NCBI GenBank assembly: GCA_036382815.1
Contig: DASVPM010000314.1
Span: forward strand, 1 to 53,941
Origin: Allosphingosinicella sp.
Lineage (GTDB): Bacteria; Pseudomonadota; Alphaproteobacteria; Sphingomonadales; Sphingomonadaceae
DNA: 53,941 nucleotides
Reading direction: 5' to 3'
The translations under genes were made by a program, and so were the position numbers. The notes under the pieces were generated by a model, which was not told the origin of the DNA, did not search any database, and saw only the letters and a list, made by a program, of their open reading frames with translations. Of this stretch, positions 28,484 through 37,968 are shown one piece after another (the first letter of the stretch is position 1; every line of letters starts with the position of its first letter).

Positions 28484-31197
28484 GCGAGGTCGAGGCCAAG
28501 CCCAGGGAGCGCCGCTGGTTCGCGGTAGAGGTCGTCCAAACGTCGAGCATGGATTGCGGGCCCGCCGCACTGAAATGCCTGCTCGAAGGCCATCATGTCC
28601 CGATCAGCTTCGGGCGCCTGCGCGAGGCCTGCCAGACCGACGTGGACGGGACCTCGATCGACACGATCGAGGAGATCGCCAAGGATCTCGGGCTTTTGGC
28701 GGAGCAGGCCCTGGTGCCGATCGATCACGTCACGCTCGCCAGCGCCAGGACGCTTCCGGCGATCGTCGTCGTCAATCGCGGCTCGGCGCTCCATTTCGTG
28801 GTCGTGTGGCGCCGCCACGGCCGCTGGCTTCAAGTGATGGATCCGGCCGTGGGCCGGCGCTGGGTCACGGCTCGCCAGTTCCAGAGGGAGCTCCACCTCC
28901 ACACGCAGGCGGCCGAGACCGGCGTCTGGCGCGCCTGGGCCGCCAGCAGCGACTTCCAGGATCCGCTTCGGGAGCGCCTCCGCGACATCGGCGCCGATGT
29001 CGCGGCGATCGACGCCCTCGTCGCCGAGGCGGTCGCCGATCCCGGCTGGCGTCCGCTGGCCACGCTCGACGCCGCCACGCGCCTCGTCCAGTCGCTGATC
29101 AGCAGCAAGGGCATCAGGCGCGGCAGCGAAGCTCGGGACGTCCTTCGTGCATTGATCCGGGAGGCGGGTGAATGTCACGCCCAGGGGCGCACCGACACAC
29201 TCATCTCCAAGCCTTTCTGGTCGGTGGCCGAAGGCCGACCCCCGTCCGCGGACTCGGACGGGACGCTCATGGTCGGCGGCGCGATCGCGCTCAGCATTTC
29301 CGGCCTCAGGTCGAGCGACGTCCAGACCGACGAAGAGCGAAGGCCGCTCTCGCGCGAGCTGTCGGCCGCGCTCACTGAAAAGGCGGTCCCGCCGCTCACG
29401 GCCTTGTGGAAGATGCTGGGCGAGGACGGCCTGCTCGCGCCGCTCGCGCTGATCCTCGCCGGCGCCTTGGCAGTGAGCGCGACGACGATCGAGGCGCTGC
29501 TGTTTCGCGGCCTCTTCGACATATCGGCACAGCTCGCTTTGCCGAGCCAGCGGCTGTTCGCGGCGATCGGGCTGCTGGTCTTCGCCGCGATCCTGCTGGC
29601 AATCGACTATGCGGGCGCGCTCGGGACCCTGCGGTGGGGCCGAAAGCTCGAGGCGCGGCTCCGAATGGCTCTGCTGGCCAAGCTGCCACGACTCAACGAC
29701 CGCTATTTCCACAGCCGTCCGATCTCGGACATGGCCGACCGCAACCACAACATCCAGTCGGTGCGCGGGGTACCCGGGCTCGGGCTTCGGCTGATCCAGT
29801 CGGTGATCCAGCTGGCAATCACCTTCGCCGGCGTTCTGATCCTGGCCCCGAGCAGCTGGCTGCTCGCGGGGTTGCTCGCTCTGATGGCCCTCGTCTTCCC
29901 CTTCACCACCCAGCAGCTGCTCAACGAACGCGACCTGCGGGTGCGCAACCACGCCGGAGCGCTTAGCGGCTTCTATCTCGACGCCATGCTCGGCCTCGCA
30001 CCGGTGCGCGCGCACCGCGCCGAGCGCAACGTCCAGGGCCAGCACGAAAGCCTGCTGGTCGAATGGTACAAGTCGCTTCGGAGCCTGATCAGCCTCGGCC
30101 TGGCGACTTCGACAGTGCAGACGCTGATCACGACCGCACTGGTCGGGTGGTTGCTTCTGACTCATTTCTTCAGCGCGGGGCGAGTTACCGGTTCCGACCT
30201 GCTGCTCGTTTTTTGGGCGCTCAAGCTGCCGGCGCTCGGCGGTCAGATCGCCGGGCTGATCAATCAATATCCGGCCCAGCGTAATATCCTGTCGCGACTG
30301 CTCGAACCTCTGTCGGCGCCGGACGACCTCGAGCTCAGCGCGGCGGAGCTGGCCGAGATCGGGACCCGGGACACGAAAGCGGCGGCCAAAGGCATCGCCC
30401 TGGAGTTTCAGGGCGGCAGCGTGCTGGCGGCGGGGCATACGATCCTGCAGTCGGTCGATCTGTCGATCGCTCCAGGCGAGCATATCGCCATCGTCGGAAT
30501 GTCGGGCGCCGGCAAATCGTCGCTGCTCGGAGTGCTTCTGGGCTGGCACCGGTTGGCGACCGGCCATCTCCTGATCGACGGCCAGCGCGCGCAGGCACGG
30601 GACATCGAGGCGCTGCGTCATGAAACCGCCTGGGTGGACCCTGCGATCCAGATCTGGAACCGGTCGCTGCTGGATAATCTGACTTACGCCTCTGACGACG
30701 ATGCGACCCTCTCCGTCGGCGACGTCATCGCCGCGGCCCGGCTTCGGGGAGTGACCCAGAAGCTGCCGCAAGGGCTTCAAACGCTGCTCGGCGAGGGCGG
30801 AGGCCTGTTGTCGGGCGGCGAAGGACAGCGCGTGCGTCTGGCGCGGGCGCTGCTCAGTCCGACGACCCGGCTTGCGCTGCTCGACGAGCCCTTTCGCGGG
30901 ACGGACCGCACCCAGCGCCGCGCCTTGCTCGCCGAAGCGCGTCAGTGGTGGAAATCCGTCACCCTGCTGTGCGTAACCCACGACGTCGCAGAGACGATGG
31001 CCTTCGACCGGGTCCTGGTCGTCGAGGACGGCCGCATCATCGAGGACGGCGAGCCTCAGAGCCTGATGGCGCGCCAGTCCCGCTATCGCGATCTGATCGC
31101 CGCCGAGAAAGCGGTCGGCGAGTCGATGTGGGAGGGCGACTTCTGGCGGCGTCTCACCCTGTCCGGCGGGCGCCTGCAGGCCAGCGAGAGCGTCTAA
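28480..31197 (+). CDS. Peptidase-containing ABC transporter (C39 peptidase + TMD + NBD)
   Basis: QTSSMDCGPAAL (Cys), HFVVV (His), VMDPAVG (Asp); Walker A GMSGAGKS, signature LSGGE, Walker B LALLDE. ATGA overlap with hlyD. Confidence 0.92.
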   Translation: MSEVEAKPRERRWFAVEVVQTSSMDCGPAALKCLLEGHHVPISFGRLREACQTDVDGTSIDTIEEIAKDLGLLAEQALVPIDHVTLASARTLPAIVVVNRGSALHFVVVWRRHGRWLQVMDPAVGRRWVTARQFQRELHLHTQAAETGVWRAWAASSDFQDPLRERLRDIGADVAAIDALVAEAVADPGWRPLATLDAATRLVQSLISSKGIRRGSEARDVLRALIREAGECHAQGRTDTLISKPFWSVAEGRPPSADSDGTLMVGGAIALSISGLRSSDVQTDEERRPLSRELSAALTEKAVPPLTALWKMLGEDGLLAPLALILAGALAVSATTIEALLFRGLFDISAQLALPSQRLFAAIGLLVFAAILLAIDYAGALGTLRWGRKLEARLRMALLAKLPRLNDRYFHSRPISDMADRNHNIQSVRGVPGLGLRLIQSVIQLAITFAGVLILAPSSWLLAGLLALMALVFPFTTQQLLNERDLRVRNHAGALSGFYLDAMLGLAPVRAHRAERNVQGQHESLLVEWYKSLRSLISLGLATSTVQTLITTALVGWLLLTHFFSAGRVTGSDLLLVFWALKLPALGGQIAGLINQYPAQRNILSRLLEPLSAPDDLELSAAELAEIGTRDTKAAAKGIALEFQGGSVLAAGHTILQSVDLSIAPGEHIAIVGMSGAGKSSLLGVLLGWHRLATGHLLIDGQRAQARDIEALRHETAWVDPAIQIWNRSLLDNLTYASDDDATLSVGDVIAAARLRGVTQKLPQGLQTLLGEGGGLLSGGEGQRVRLARALLSPTTRLALLDEPFRGTDRTQRRALLAEARQWWKSVTLLCVTHDVAETMAFDRVLVVEDGRIIEDGEPQSLMARQSRYRDLIAAEKAVGESMWEGDFWRRLTLSGGRLQASESV

Positions 31198-33377
31198 TGG
31201 CGGATGCCGGACTCGAACTCGGCGCGGCCAAGCCGGATCCGCGGATGCTGGACGCGATGCGCCCGTTCCTGTGGCCCTTTGCCCGGCTCGGCGAAGGGAT
31301 AGAGGAGCTTTCGCGCCGGGCCGGCCTGCGCCCGAAGCTCGCATCCGATTCGGTGAAGGTGCCGGCCACGATCGCGGCCGGCAACATCCGCAACCTCTCC
31401 GACTGGTTCGACTGGGCCGCCGAGCATCTCGGGATCGAGGCCAATATGGTCCAGACGCCGGTGCCCGAATTGCCCGATCTGCTGCGCTCCGGCGTTCCTG
31501 CGGTCTTCCCGACCCCGTTGTACGGGGCTCCCGGGGTCTTCCTGCTGGCCGGCTGGCGGCGCAGCCGGCCGCTGCTGCTGGCCCCGGACCTGCGGATCCG
31601 CTCCTGCGACCCGGAACATCTCCGCGGGATGATATGCTGGCCGCGCGAAGGCCCGCTGATTCCGGAGATCACCCGGCTCATCCGCGCGACCGGAATCAAT
31701 CCGGCCCGCGAAACCCAGGTCCGGGCCGCAATGCTTCGCGACCAGCTCGCCCAGTGGCAGATCGAGCCCATCTGGGTGCTCCGGCTGGCGCCGTCGGCGA
31801 GCTTCTGGAAGCAACTCTCGCGGATCGGCGCGTTCCGGAAGATCGCCGCCATGACCGGTCTTTTCGCGGTGAGCTACGTTGCCGAGATCGCCAGCTGGGT
31901 ACTGATAGGCTCGGCCGCGCTGGGCGGAAATTTCGACCTCGGCTGGTTCTTGGCCTGGGTCCTCCTGATGGCGACGATGATTCCCCTGCAAACCGTGGGC
32001 GCCTGGTGGTCGGCGACCTTGGCGCTGGACGCCGGCCGGCTTCTCAAGGCACGGCTTCTGGCCGGCGCTCTGCGCATGTCGTCGGACAGCATCAAGCGGC
32101 AGGGCGTGGGCCAGTTGCTGAGCCGGGTCGTCGAATCCCAGGCGCTCGAATCCCTGTCGCTCAATGGCGGCATGTCGCTTCTTCGCTCGATCCTGAGCCT
32201 GGGGTTTGCGGCCTGGATCCTTGGTCAGGGCGTCGCTCCGACCACTCATCTCACCCTCCTTTGCGTGTGGACTTTTCTTGCCGTCGCCCTGGCTTTGAAT
32301 TTCTTCCGCAAGCTTCGCCTGTGGACGATGACCCGCCTCGATATGACTCATGACCTGATCGAGGTGATGGTCGGCCACCGAACGCGCCTTGCCCAGGAGC
32401 CCGCCCAGCGAAGCAATGCCGGCGAGGACAGCGCGCTCCAGAACTACCTCCATATTTCAGGCGTGATGGACTGGACCGCCGTCTCGACGACGATGGGCGT
32501 GTCGGCGGGTTGGGTGATCGTCGGGCTGATCGGGCTGGTGCCCGCTTTCGTCGGCGATCTGAGCGTTTCGTCGACGGCCATCGCCATCAGCCTGGGCGGG
32601 ATCCTGTTCGCCCAGCGCGCCTTTGCCGGGATTTCCGACGGCCTGTCCGCAGCGGGCCGGGCCTGGGTAGCCTGGGTGCAGGTCGCGCCGATGTTCCACG
32701 CCGCCCGCAACAAGACCTCGTCCAAGACCTATGTCACGCTCGAGCAGCTCGAGAATGAAGCAATTAAGATGCCGCTGATCGACGCCCAGGCCCTGACCTT
32801 CGCCTACCCCTCGAGCAACGAGACCGTCATCGAATCCTCCGACCTGCTCATCGCCCATGGCGACCGGATCCTGCTCGAAGGCGCTTCCGGCGGAGGCAAG
32901 TCGACCCTGGCCGGGCTCCTGACCGGGCTGAGCACGCCCAAGTCGGGACTGCTGCTTCTCAACGGGCTCGACCGCCACACCCTGGGCGACGACTGGCACC
33001 GCATCGCCACCTCCGCTCCGCAGTTCCACGAGAATCACATCCTTTCCGGCTCGATGGCGTTCAACCTGCTGATGGGACGGCAATGGCCGGCCCCCGCCCC
33101 GGATCTCCTGGAGGCCTGGGAGCTTTGCCAGGAGCTTGGGCTCGGTCCGCTGGTCGAGCGAATGCCGGGCGGATTGAACCAATATGTCGGCGAAACCGGA
33201 TGGCAGCTTTCGCACGGGGAGCGGAGCCGGATCTATCTGGCCCGGGCGCTCCTGCAGCGCGCCCATTTGACGGTGCTCGACGAAAGCTTCGCGGCGCTCG
33301 ATCCCGAGACGCTGGCCTTATGCCTCGAGTGCAGCCTCAAGCGGGCGCGCACGCTGATGGTCATCGCCCATCCTTGA
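31197..33377 (+). CDS. Second ABC exporter subunit (N-terminal domain without a C39 catalytic motif + TMD + NBD)
   Basis: Walker A GASGGGKS, variant signature LSHGE, LTVLDES, ending at the H-loop (IAHP). ATG 31197 overlaps the upstream TAA. Confidence 0.9.
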   Translation: MADAGLELGAAKPDPRMLDAMRPFLWPFARLGEGIEELSRRAGLRPKLASDSVKVPATIAAGNIRNLSDWFDWAAEHLGIEANMVQTPVPELPDLLRSGVPAVFPTPLYGAPGVFLLAGWRRSRPLLLAPDLRIRSCDPEHLRGMICWPREGPLIPEITRLIRATGINPARETQVRAAMLRDQLAQWQIEPIWVLRLAPSASFWKQLSRIGAFRKIAAMTGLFAVSYVAEIASWVLIGSAALGGNFDLGWFLAWVLLMATMIPLQTVGAWWSATLALDAGRLLKARLLAGALRMSSDSIKRQGVGQLLSRVVESQALESLSLNGGMSLLRSILSLGFAAWILGQGVAPTTHLTLLCVWTFLAVALALNFFRKLRLWTMTRLDMTHDLIEVMVGHRTRLAQEPAQRSNAGEDSALQNYLHISGVMDWTAVSTTMGVSAGWVIVGLIGLVPAFVGDLSVSSTAIAISLGGILFAQRAFAGISDGLSAAGRAWVAWVQVAPMFHAARNKTSSKTYVTLEQLENEAIKMPLIDAQALTFAYPSSNETVIESSDLLIAHGDRILLEGASGGGKSTLAGLLTGLSTPKSGLLLLNGLDRHTLGDDWHRIATSAPQFHENHILSGSMAFNLLMGRQWPAPAPDLLEAWELCQELGLGPLVERMPGGLNQYVGETGWQLSHGERSRIYLARALLQRAHLTVLDESFAALDPETLALCLECSLKRARTLMVIAHP

Positions 33378-33380
33378 GCC

Positions 33381-35240
33381 TCATTCGGCCTGTTCCGCCG
33401 CCGCCCTCATCGGCGCCGAGTCCTCCAGGATCATGTCGGCGGCCTTTTCGGCGGCCATGTAGACGGCGCTGACGATGAAATAGCCGGGGATGCGCGGGAA
33501 GATCGAGGCGTCCACGACCCTCAGCCGCGGGACCCCGTAAACCCGCAACCGGCTGTCGAGCACTCCGCCGCCCTCGCGCGGTCCCATCGGGCAGGTGCAG
33601 GACGCATGGTGGCCCCAGGCATTGTCGCGCACCCATTGCTCGAGCGCCTCGCCCCGGACGTCTCCGCCCGGGCAAATCTCTTCCGTCACCAGGTGAGACT
33701 CGCGAAGCGGCGCCGCCGCTTCCCTGACCATCGAGACCGCGGCGGCGACCGCCTTCAGGTCCCTGCCCTCCGGATCGCACTCGCGGTCGAAGAAGTTGAA
33801 CGCGATGCGGGGCGGATCGCGCGGATCCGCGGACCTCAAGGTCACGGCGCCCGCATGGTTGGCGGTCCGCGCCTTGAGGATCGCCCAGCTGAGCACATCC
33901 TTTTGCTCGCGAAGCGCTTTCGAATAGCCGGGATAATAGCCCTGGAAACTGCCGAGCAGGGCCATGATGAAGAGATCGGCGTCGCCGTCGCAGCCCGGGG
34001 AGTTGCGCTTCATCGCCAGCGCGGCCCCATTGGAGATGTACATCCCCCGCCGCTTCGTCTCCCACATCTTCCCGACCGGATCGTCGGCGGAAAAATCGGC
34101 ATGCTCCAGCGATTTCCAGGGCTCGGCGAGCCGATGGAGGACGCAGACCTCGTACCGGTCCTGGAGGTTGCGACCGACCGGAAGCGCCTGCCGTACGGGG
34201 ATGTCATGCCCGCTCAGCTCCTCCTTTGGACCGATCCCGGAGAGCATCAGGAGCTGCGGCGTATTGAACACTCCAGCGGAGAGAATCACCTCCCGGCGGG
34301 CCCGGATCGAGACGATCTCGCCGCCTTCCTCCGCGTCGGCGCTGAGCGGGCTCGCGCGGTAGAGGTGGCGCCCCTTGCGATACTCGACCCCGGCCGCGCC
34401 GCCGTCTTCCGCGAAAAGCAGCCGCGTGACGAGGGCGTGGAGCTCGACCTTCAGCCGGCCGCCGGTCCTGTCCTCGACGGCGCGGACGCGCTCGCGGGTC
34501 CCGAAGCGGCAATGATCGTCGGTCGCGAGCGGTGCATAGCAAAGGCCCGCCTTGCCGTTCATCGAGCGATCGTTCGGGTCGAGCTTGCCGCGCCAGAGCC
34601 GCTTGAGCGCCTGCCACGGGCCTGAAATGGCCTCGCTCGCCGCCAGTGCCCCCTTCTCGATCGTCTCGCGCAGAGCGTCGTCCTCGAAAGCCTGGGCGGG
34701 CGCCGCCTTTTCGACCGGGAGCCATCCGCTCCAGCCATGCCCGCTGCCGTCCCAGCCCATCCCGGCGAGCAGACGGCGAAGCGGGCGGTGGCGGCAGTCC
34801 TCGACCTTGCGCTGGTAGGCGGCCATCGCCTCCGGACCCCAGCCCTCGTCGCCGGTGAGCTCGGCGATGCCGCGCCAGTCCGAATTCTGCGGAGTGATGA
34901 AGATCATCGCGTTGTGCGCGGTGCAGCCGCCGAGAGTCCCGGCGCGCGGATAGAAGATTCCGCGGTCCTTGCAGCGCTTCCAGTCGCGATCCGCCTCGGC
35001 CCGATCCGCATAATGCTCGACGAAATAATCCCAGGCCATCGCCGGGTTCTCGGACGCGATTGGATGGAAAGCGGGTATCTGGTAATCGCAGGGGAAGCGT
35101 TCGGCGCCCTCCGCGACCGGATCCCCGCCCGCCTCGATCAGGATGACGTCCATCCCGGCCTCGGCTAGGCGGGCCGCGACGGTGCCGCCCCCTGCCCCCG
35201 ATCCGACGACGATATAGTCGCAGTCGAATCCGTCCTCCAT
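33381..35240 (-). CDS. GMC-family oxidoreductase (choline dehydrogenase-like flavoprotein)
   Basis: DYIVVGSGAGG, YPRAGTLGGCTAHNAMI, LMLSGIGP, WGHHASCTCPMG and LRVVDASIFP motifs. ATG overlaps the upstream stop. Confidence 0.92.
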   Translation of the reverse strand: MEDGFDCDYIVVGSGAGGGTVAARLAEAGMDVILIEAGGDPVAEGAERFPCDYQIPAFHPIASENPAMAWDYFVEHYADRAEADRDWKRCKDRGIFYPRAGTLGGCTAHNAMIFITPQNSDWRGIAELTGDEGWGPEAMAAYQRKVEDCRHRPLRRLLAGMGWDGSGHGWSGWLPVEKAAPAQAFEDDALRETIEKGALAASEAISGPWQALKRLWRGKLDPNDRSMNGKAGLCYAPLATDDHCRFGTRERVRAVEDRTGGRLKVELHALVTRLLFAEDGGAAGVEYRKGRHLYRASPLSADAEEGGEIVSIRARREVILSAGVFNTPQLLMLSGIGPKEELSGHDIPVRQALPVGRNLQDRYEVCVLHRLAEPWKSLEHADFSADDPVGKMWETKRRGMYISNGAALAMKRNSPGCDGDADLFIMALLGSFQGYYPGYSKALREQKDVLSWAILKARTANHAGAVTLRSADPRDPPRIAFNFFDRECDPEGRDLKAVAAAVSMVREAAAPLRESHLVTEEICPGGDVRGEALEQWVRDNAWGHHASCTCPMGPREGGGVLDSRLRVYGVPRLRVVDASIFPRIPGYFIVSAVYMAAEKAADMILEDSAPMRAAAEQAE

Positions 35241-37774
35241 CAGAAGGTCTTGAGGAATGCGATCAGCGCTTCCTTGTCCGGATTGCCGAGCGGAGTTTCG
35301 TTGCCGATCCACCATTGCTCGTCCTCGGTGAGACCGGCGCGGTTCACGAACTGGTCGGTTCCGAAATAATGGCCGCGGTTGACGACGAAGTCGCGGCACT
35401 TGCTGAGCGACCGAAGCCACGGCCGGGCGCCTTCGAAGCGCGCCAGCATCGCCTTCTCGTCGGCGGGCGGGTCCTTCTTGATGCCGATGAATATCCTGCC
35501 CATCGCCTTCATCAGGCCGATGACCCGCTCGAGCTGGTGGACGTCGCCCTCGAGCTGAGCCTTGCGGTCGTCATTTTCCGGGCCGCGCGGATTGAGGTTG
35601 GTCAAAGCGCTGATCGGAGTGCCCTTGGGGATCGGGCCGAAGCTAAGCCCGTGATTCTCTTTGTCTATCCATTGGCCGAGGTGCTTCTGGATCAAATCCT
35701 TGCCGATCCGGGTCTTCGGCCTGATCGGGAAATAGGTTTCGGGGATGAAGACATGGCTCTCGCCGCTGGTGCGGTCGATCACGCCCTCGACCCGGTTCCC
35801 GAACACCGCGTCCATGTCCCGGGTCTGCGGCCAGAGCATCTGGCGGATGGCGAGATCGAACGACGCGACGCGCGCCGACACCGAAGGATCCGAGTTGAAC
35901 TTGCCGACCCGGTTGTTGAGCAGGAAGGGCGAGGTCGACCAGAGCGAGATGAGCGAGGGCGGCCGCGTATAGCCGCGCCCGCCGGCGGGCATCCGGTAGC
36001 GCCGGCGCTCGCCATTATAAGGATCGTTGTAGCTCGACCAGCCGACGCTCGGCAGGGTCTTATAGGATTCGGACGAGAAATTGTCCCAGATGTTGTTCCG
36101 GATCGCATTGGTGGCGAGCGGGCTGCACAAGTTGGTGCGCAGCAGAGTGACCGGAATGCGCGCCTCGGTGGAGAGATAGTTGTTCTGCAGGAAGTCGGGC
36201 TTCTCGACCTCCTGCCGCATCGCCGCCTTGAAGCCGGGGGTCTGGGTCCAGCGCCACCAGGCCTTGAAACGGCCGAGATACCCCGGCCCGGACGCGCCCG
36301 CCAGGCTTGCCTCCTTGGGCGGCATCGGGCCCTTGCTGGAATGGCAGCGCGCGCAATTGTCGGCGAAGACCTGCCGGCCGCGCGCCAGGGTGGCCGGCGG
36401 TGCGCTCAGATAGGCAGCGCCGCCCGGTGCCGCGGCCAGCCGGTCGGGGCGGCCCGCCTTGAGGAAGAAGAGCGCCGTCGCCGGAGTGCCCTTCTCGGTG
36501 GCCTGCCAGTAAGGCGACCTGGCGCGGGCGTCGGCGATCCGGATCGGCGACACGGTCTTGCCGCCGATCACCGGATTGAAATGCCGCAACCACTCTTCGC
36601 TATAGAGGCCGATATTGAGATAGACGCGGTTGAGCGCCCCGAGCGCCCCGACCGAATCCGATCCGTCCTTCAGCACCCGCGGAGTGCGGACGGCGCCTTT
36701 GCCCTCGTAGAGGCGCGTCAGCATGGGGTCCTTGCTGACCGCGTTGAACTGCATGTTGTCGAGGGCGCCGCCGGTCAGCGTCTCCTGGCCGATCCGATAG
36801 CCCATATCGAGCCGCGCCGGCAGGTCGTAGATCGCGTTCATCGTGCGCGGATTGTTGATGTTGTCGGTCGAGACGAGCGACGTGTCCATCGTCCCGGGCT
36901 GGAAGGTGTGCAGCCATTCGTACAGGAAGCTTCGCGGATTCTTCTCCCAGTCCCAGTAGAAGATCCGGTCCATCCAGAGATATTGCGCGCCGACCGTCGA
37001 GCTGAGGTTTGACCAGGCCGGAGCCTCCGGATCGGCCGGCGGGTTCACCGGGCTCGGTCCGACGTGGCAGAAAGCGCAGGACATTCCGACCCGGAACGGC
37101 CGCACCAGATCCTTGTCGTTGTAGAATTTGGGATCGCTGTAATAACGCGAGCCGTCGCCCCAATGCTTCGCCGCTTTCTCGTCGAAGGCGGGGTTGGGAA
37201 AGAGCCGAAGCCCGACGATCCCGGTCGGATAGCCGTAATAGGAGCCGACCGGGACGGTCTTGCCCCGGGCGTTGAACTTGACTCCCGGGAAGCGTTTCTC
37301 GTCCGCGAACGGATCGGGCGGGCAGGACGGGTCGCGGACGTCGAGCCACAATCCGTAGCGTCTGGGATCCGGCGCCCCGGCGGCGCGGAAGCAGGGCTCG
37401 TTGACGACTCCGAGATTCTTCCAGCGATTGGGCCGTCCGTTGCCGGTTCCCGGCGGGGCCGCGACGATCTTGAGGAGATCGAAGGTCCCGAAGGTCGGCT
37501 TGACCATTCCATCCCAGAAATGATCGTTGCCGCCCGACCAGACCAGCCACATGATCCGTCCGGCCCGTTCGGCGGGGGTCAGCTCGATTCCGCCGTCCAT
37601 TTCCCGGAAATAATCGTCGGCGGCGCCGGTGACGCTGGCATGGACCAGCTTGGCCTCGTCGATTCCGGCCTCGGCCGCCTCATCCTTCACGGCATCGTCG
37701 TCGTCGCAGCTCGCCACAGCGAGCGCGATCGCCGCCAGCGCGGCCCCACGAAACGCGGTTTTCCTGACGCTCAC
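35240..37774 (-). CDS. Large di-heme c-type cytochrome lipoprotein (distant RoxA/CcP/MauG-like superfamily candidate)
   Basis: Two heme motifs, CAFCH and CARCH; lipobox VASC; GGRGYTRPPSLISLWSTSPFLLNN. Start GTG 37774; alternative 37789. Confidence 0.78.
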   Translation of the reverse strand: MSVRKTAFRGAALAAIALAVASCDDDDAVKDEAAEAGIDEAKLVHASVTGAADDYFREMDGGIELTPAERAGRIMWLVWSGGNDHFWDGMVKPTFGTFDLLKIVAAPPGTGNGRPNRWKNLGVVNEPCFRAAGAPDPRRYGLWLDVRDPSCPPDPFADEKRFPGVKFNARGKTVPVGSYYGYPTGIVGLRLFPNPAFDEKAAKHWGDGSRYYSDPKFYNDKDLVRPFRVGMSCAFCHVGPSPVNPPADPEAPAWSNLSSTVGAQYLWMDRIFYWDWEKNPRSFLYEWLHTFQPGTMDTSLVSTDNINNPRTMNAIYDLPARLDMGYRIGQETLTGGALDNMQFNAVSKDPMLTRLYEGKGAVRTPRVLKDGSDSVGALGALNRVYLNIGLYSEEWLRHFNPVIGGKTVSPIRIADARARSPYWQATEKGTPATALFFLKAGRPDRLAAAPGGAAYLSAPPATLARGRQVFADNCARCHSSKGPMPPKEASLAGASGPGYLGRFKAWWRWTQTPGFKAAMRQEVEKPDFLQNNYLSTEARIPVTLLRTNLCSPLATNAIRNNIWDNFSSESYKTLPSVGWSSYNDPYNGERRRYRMPAGGRGYTRPPSLISLWSTSPFLLNNRVGKFNSDPSVSARVASFDLAIRQMLWPQTRDMDAVFGNRVEGVIDRTSGESHVFIPETYFPIRPKTRIGKDLIQKHLGQWIDKENHGLSFGPIPKGTPISALTNLNPRGPENDDRKAQLEGDVHQLERVIGLMKAMGRIFIGIKKDPPADEKAMLARFEGARPWLRSLSKCRDFVVNRGHYFGTDQFVNRAGLTEDEQWWIGNETPLGNPDKEALIAFLKTF

Positions 37775-37968
37775 GGCCCCCTCCCCCATTGTGCAAGTGA
37801 GTTACCGGAACTCCGCTGCCCGCGTGAGCGCCCCTCAACTCACAAGCGCCGAACATCCGCCAACAACATGAGCCCGTCAAGCGAAGATCGTTGCCGTTTT
37901 GGACAGGACAAGCCGCGGAATCGGCATCGCCGGACTTCTGGTTTTTCTTGGAATCCCGGGGACCGATT

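Noticed and set aside
22740-37968. Calling the block a mobile element
   Set aside because: No integrase, transposase, att site or target duplication was seen; kept only as an inferred insertion.
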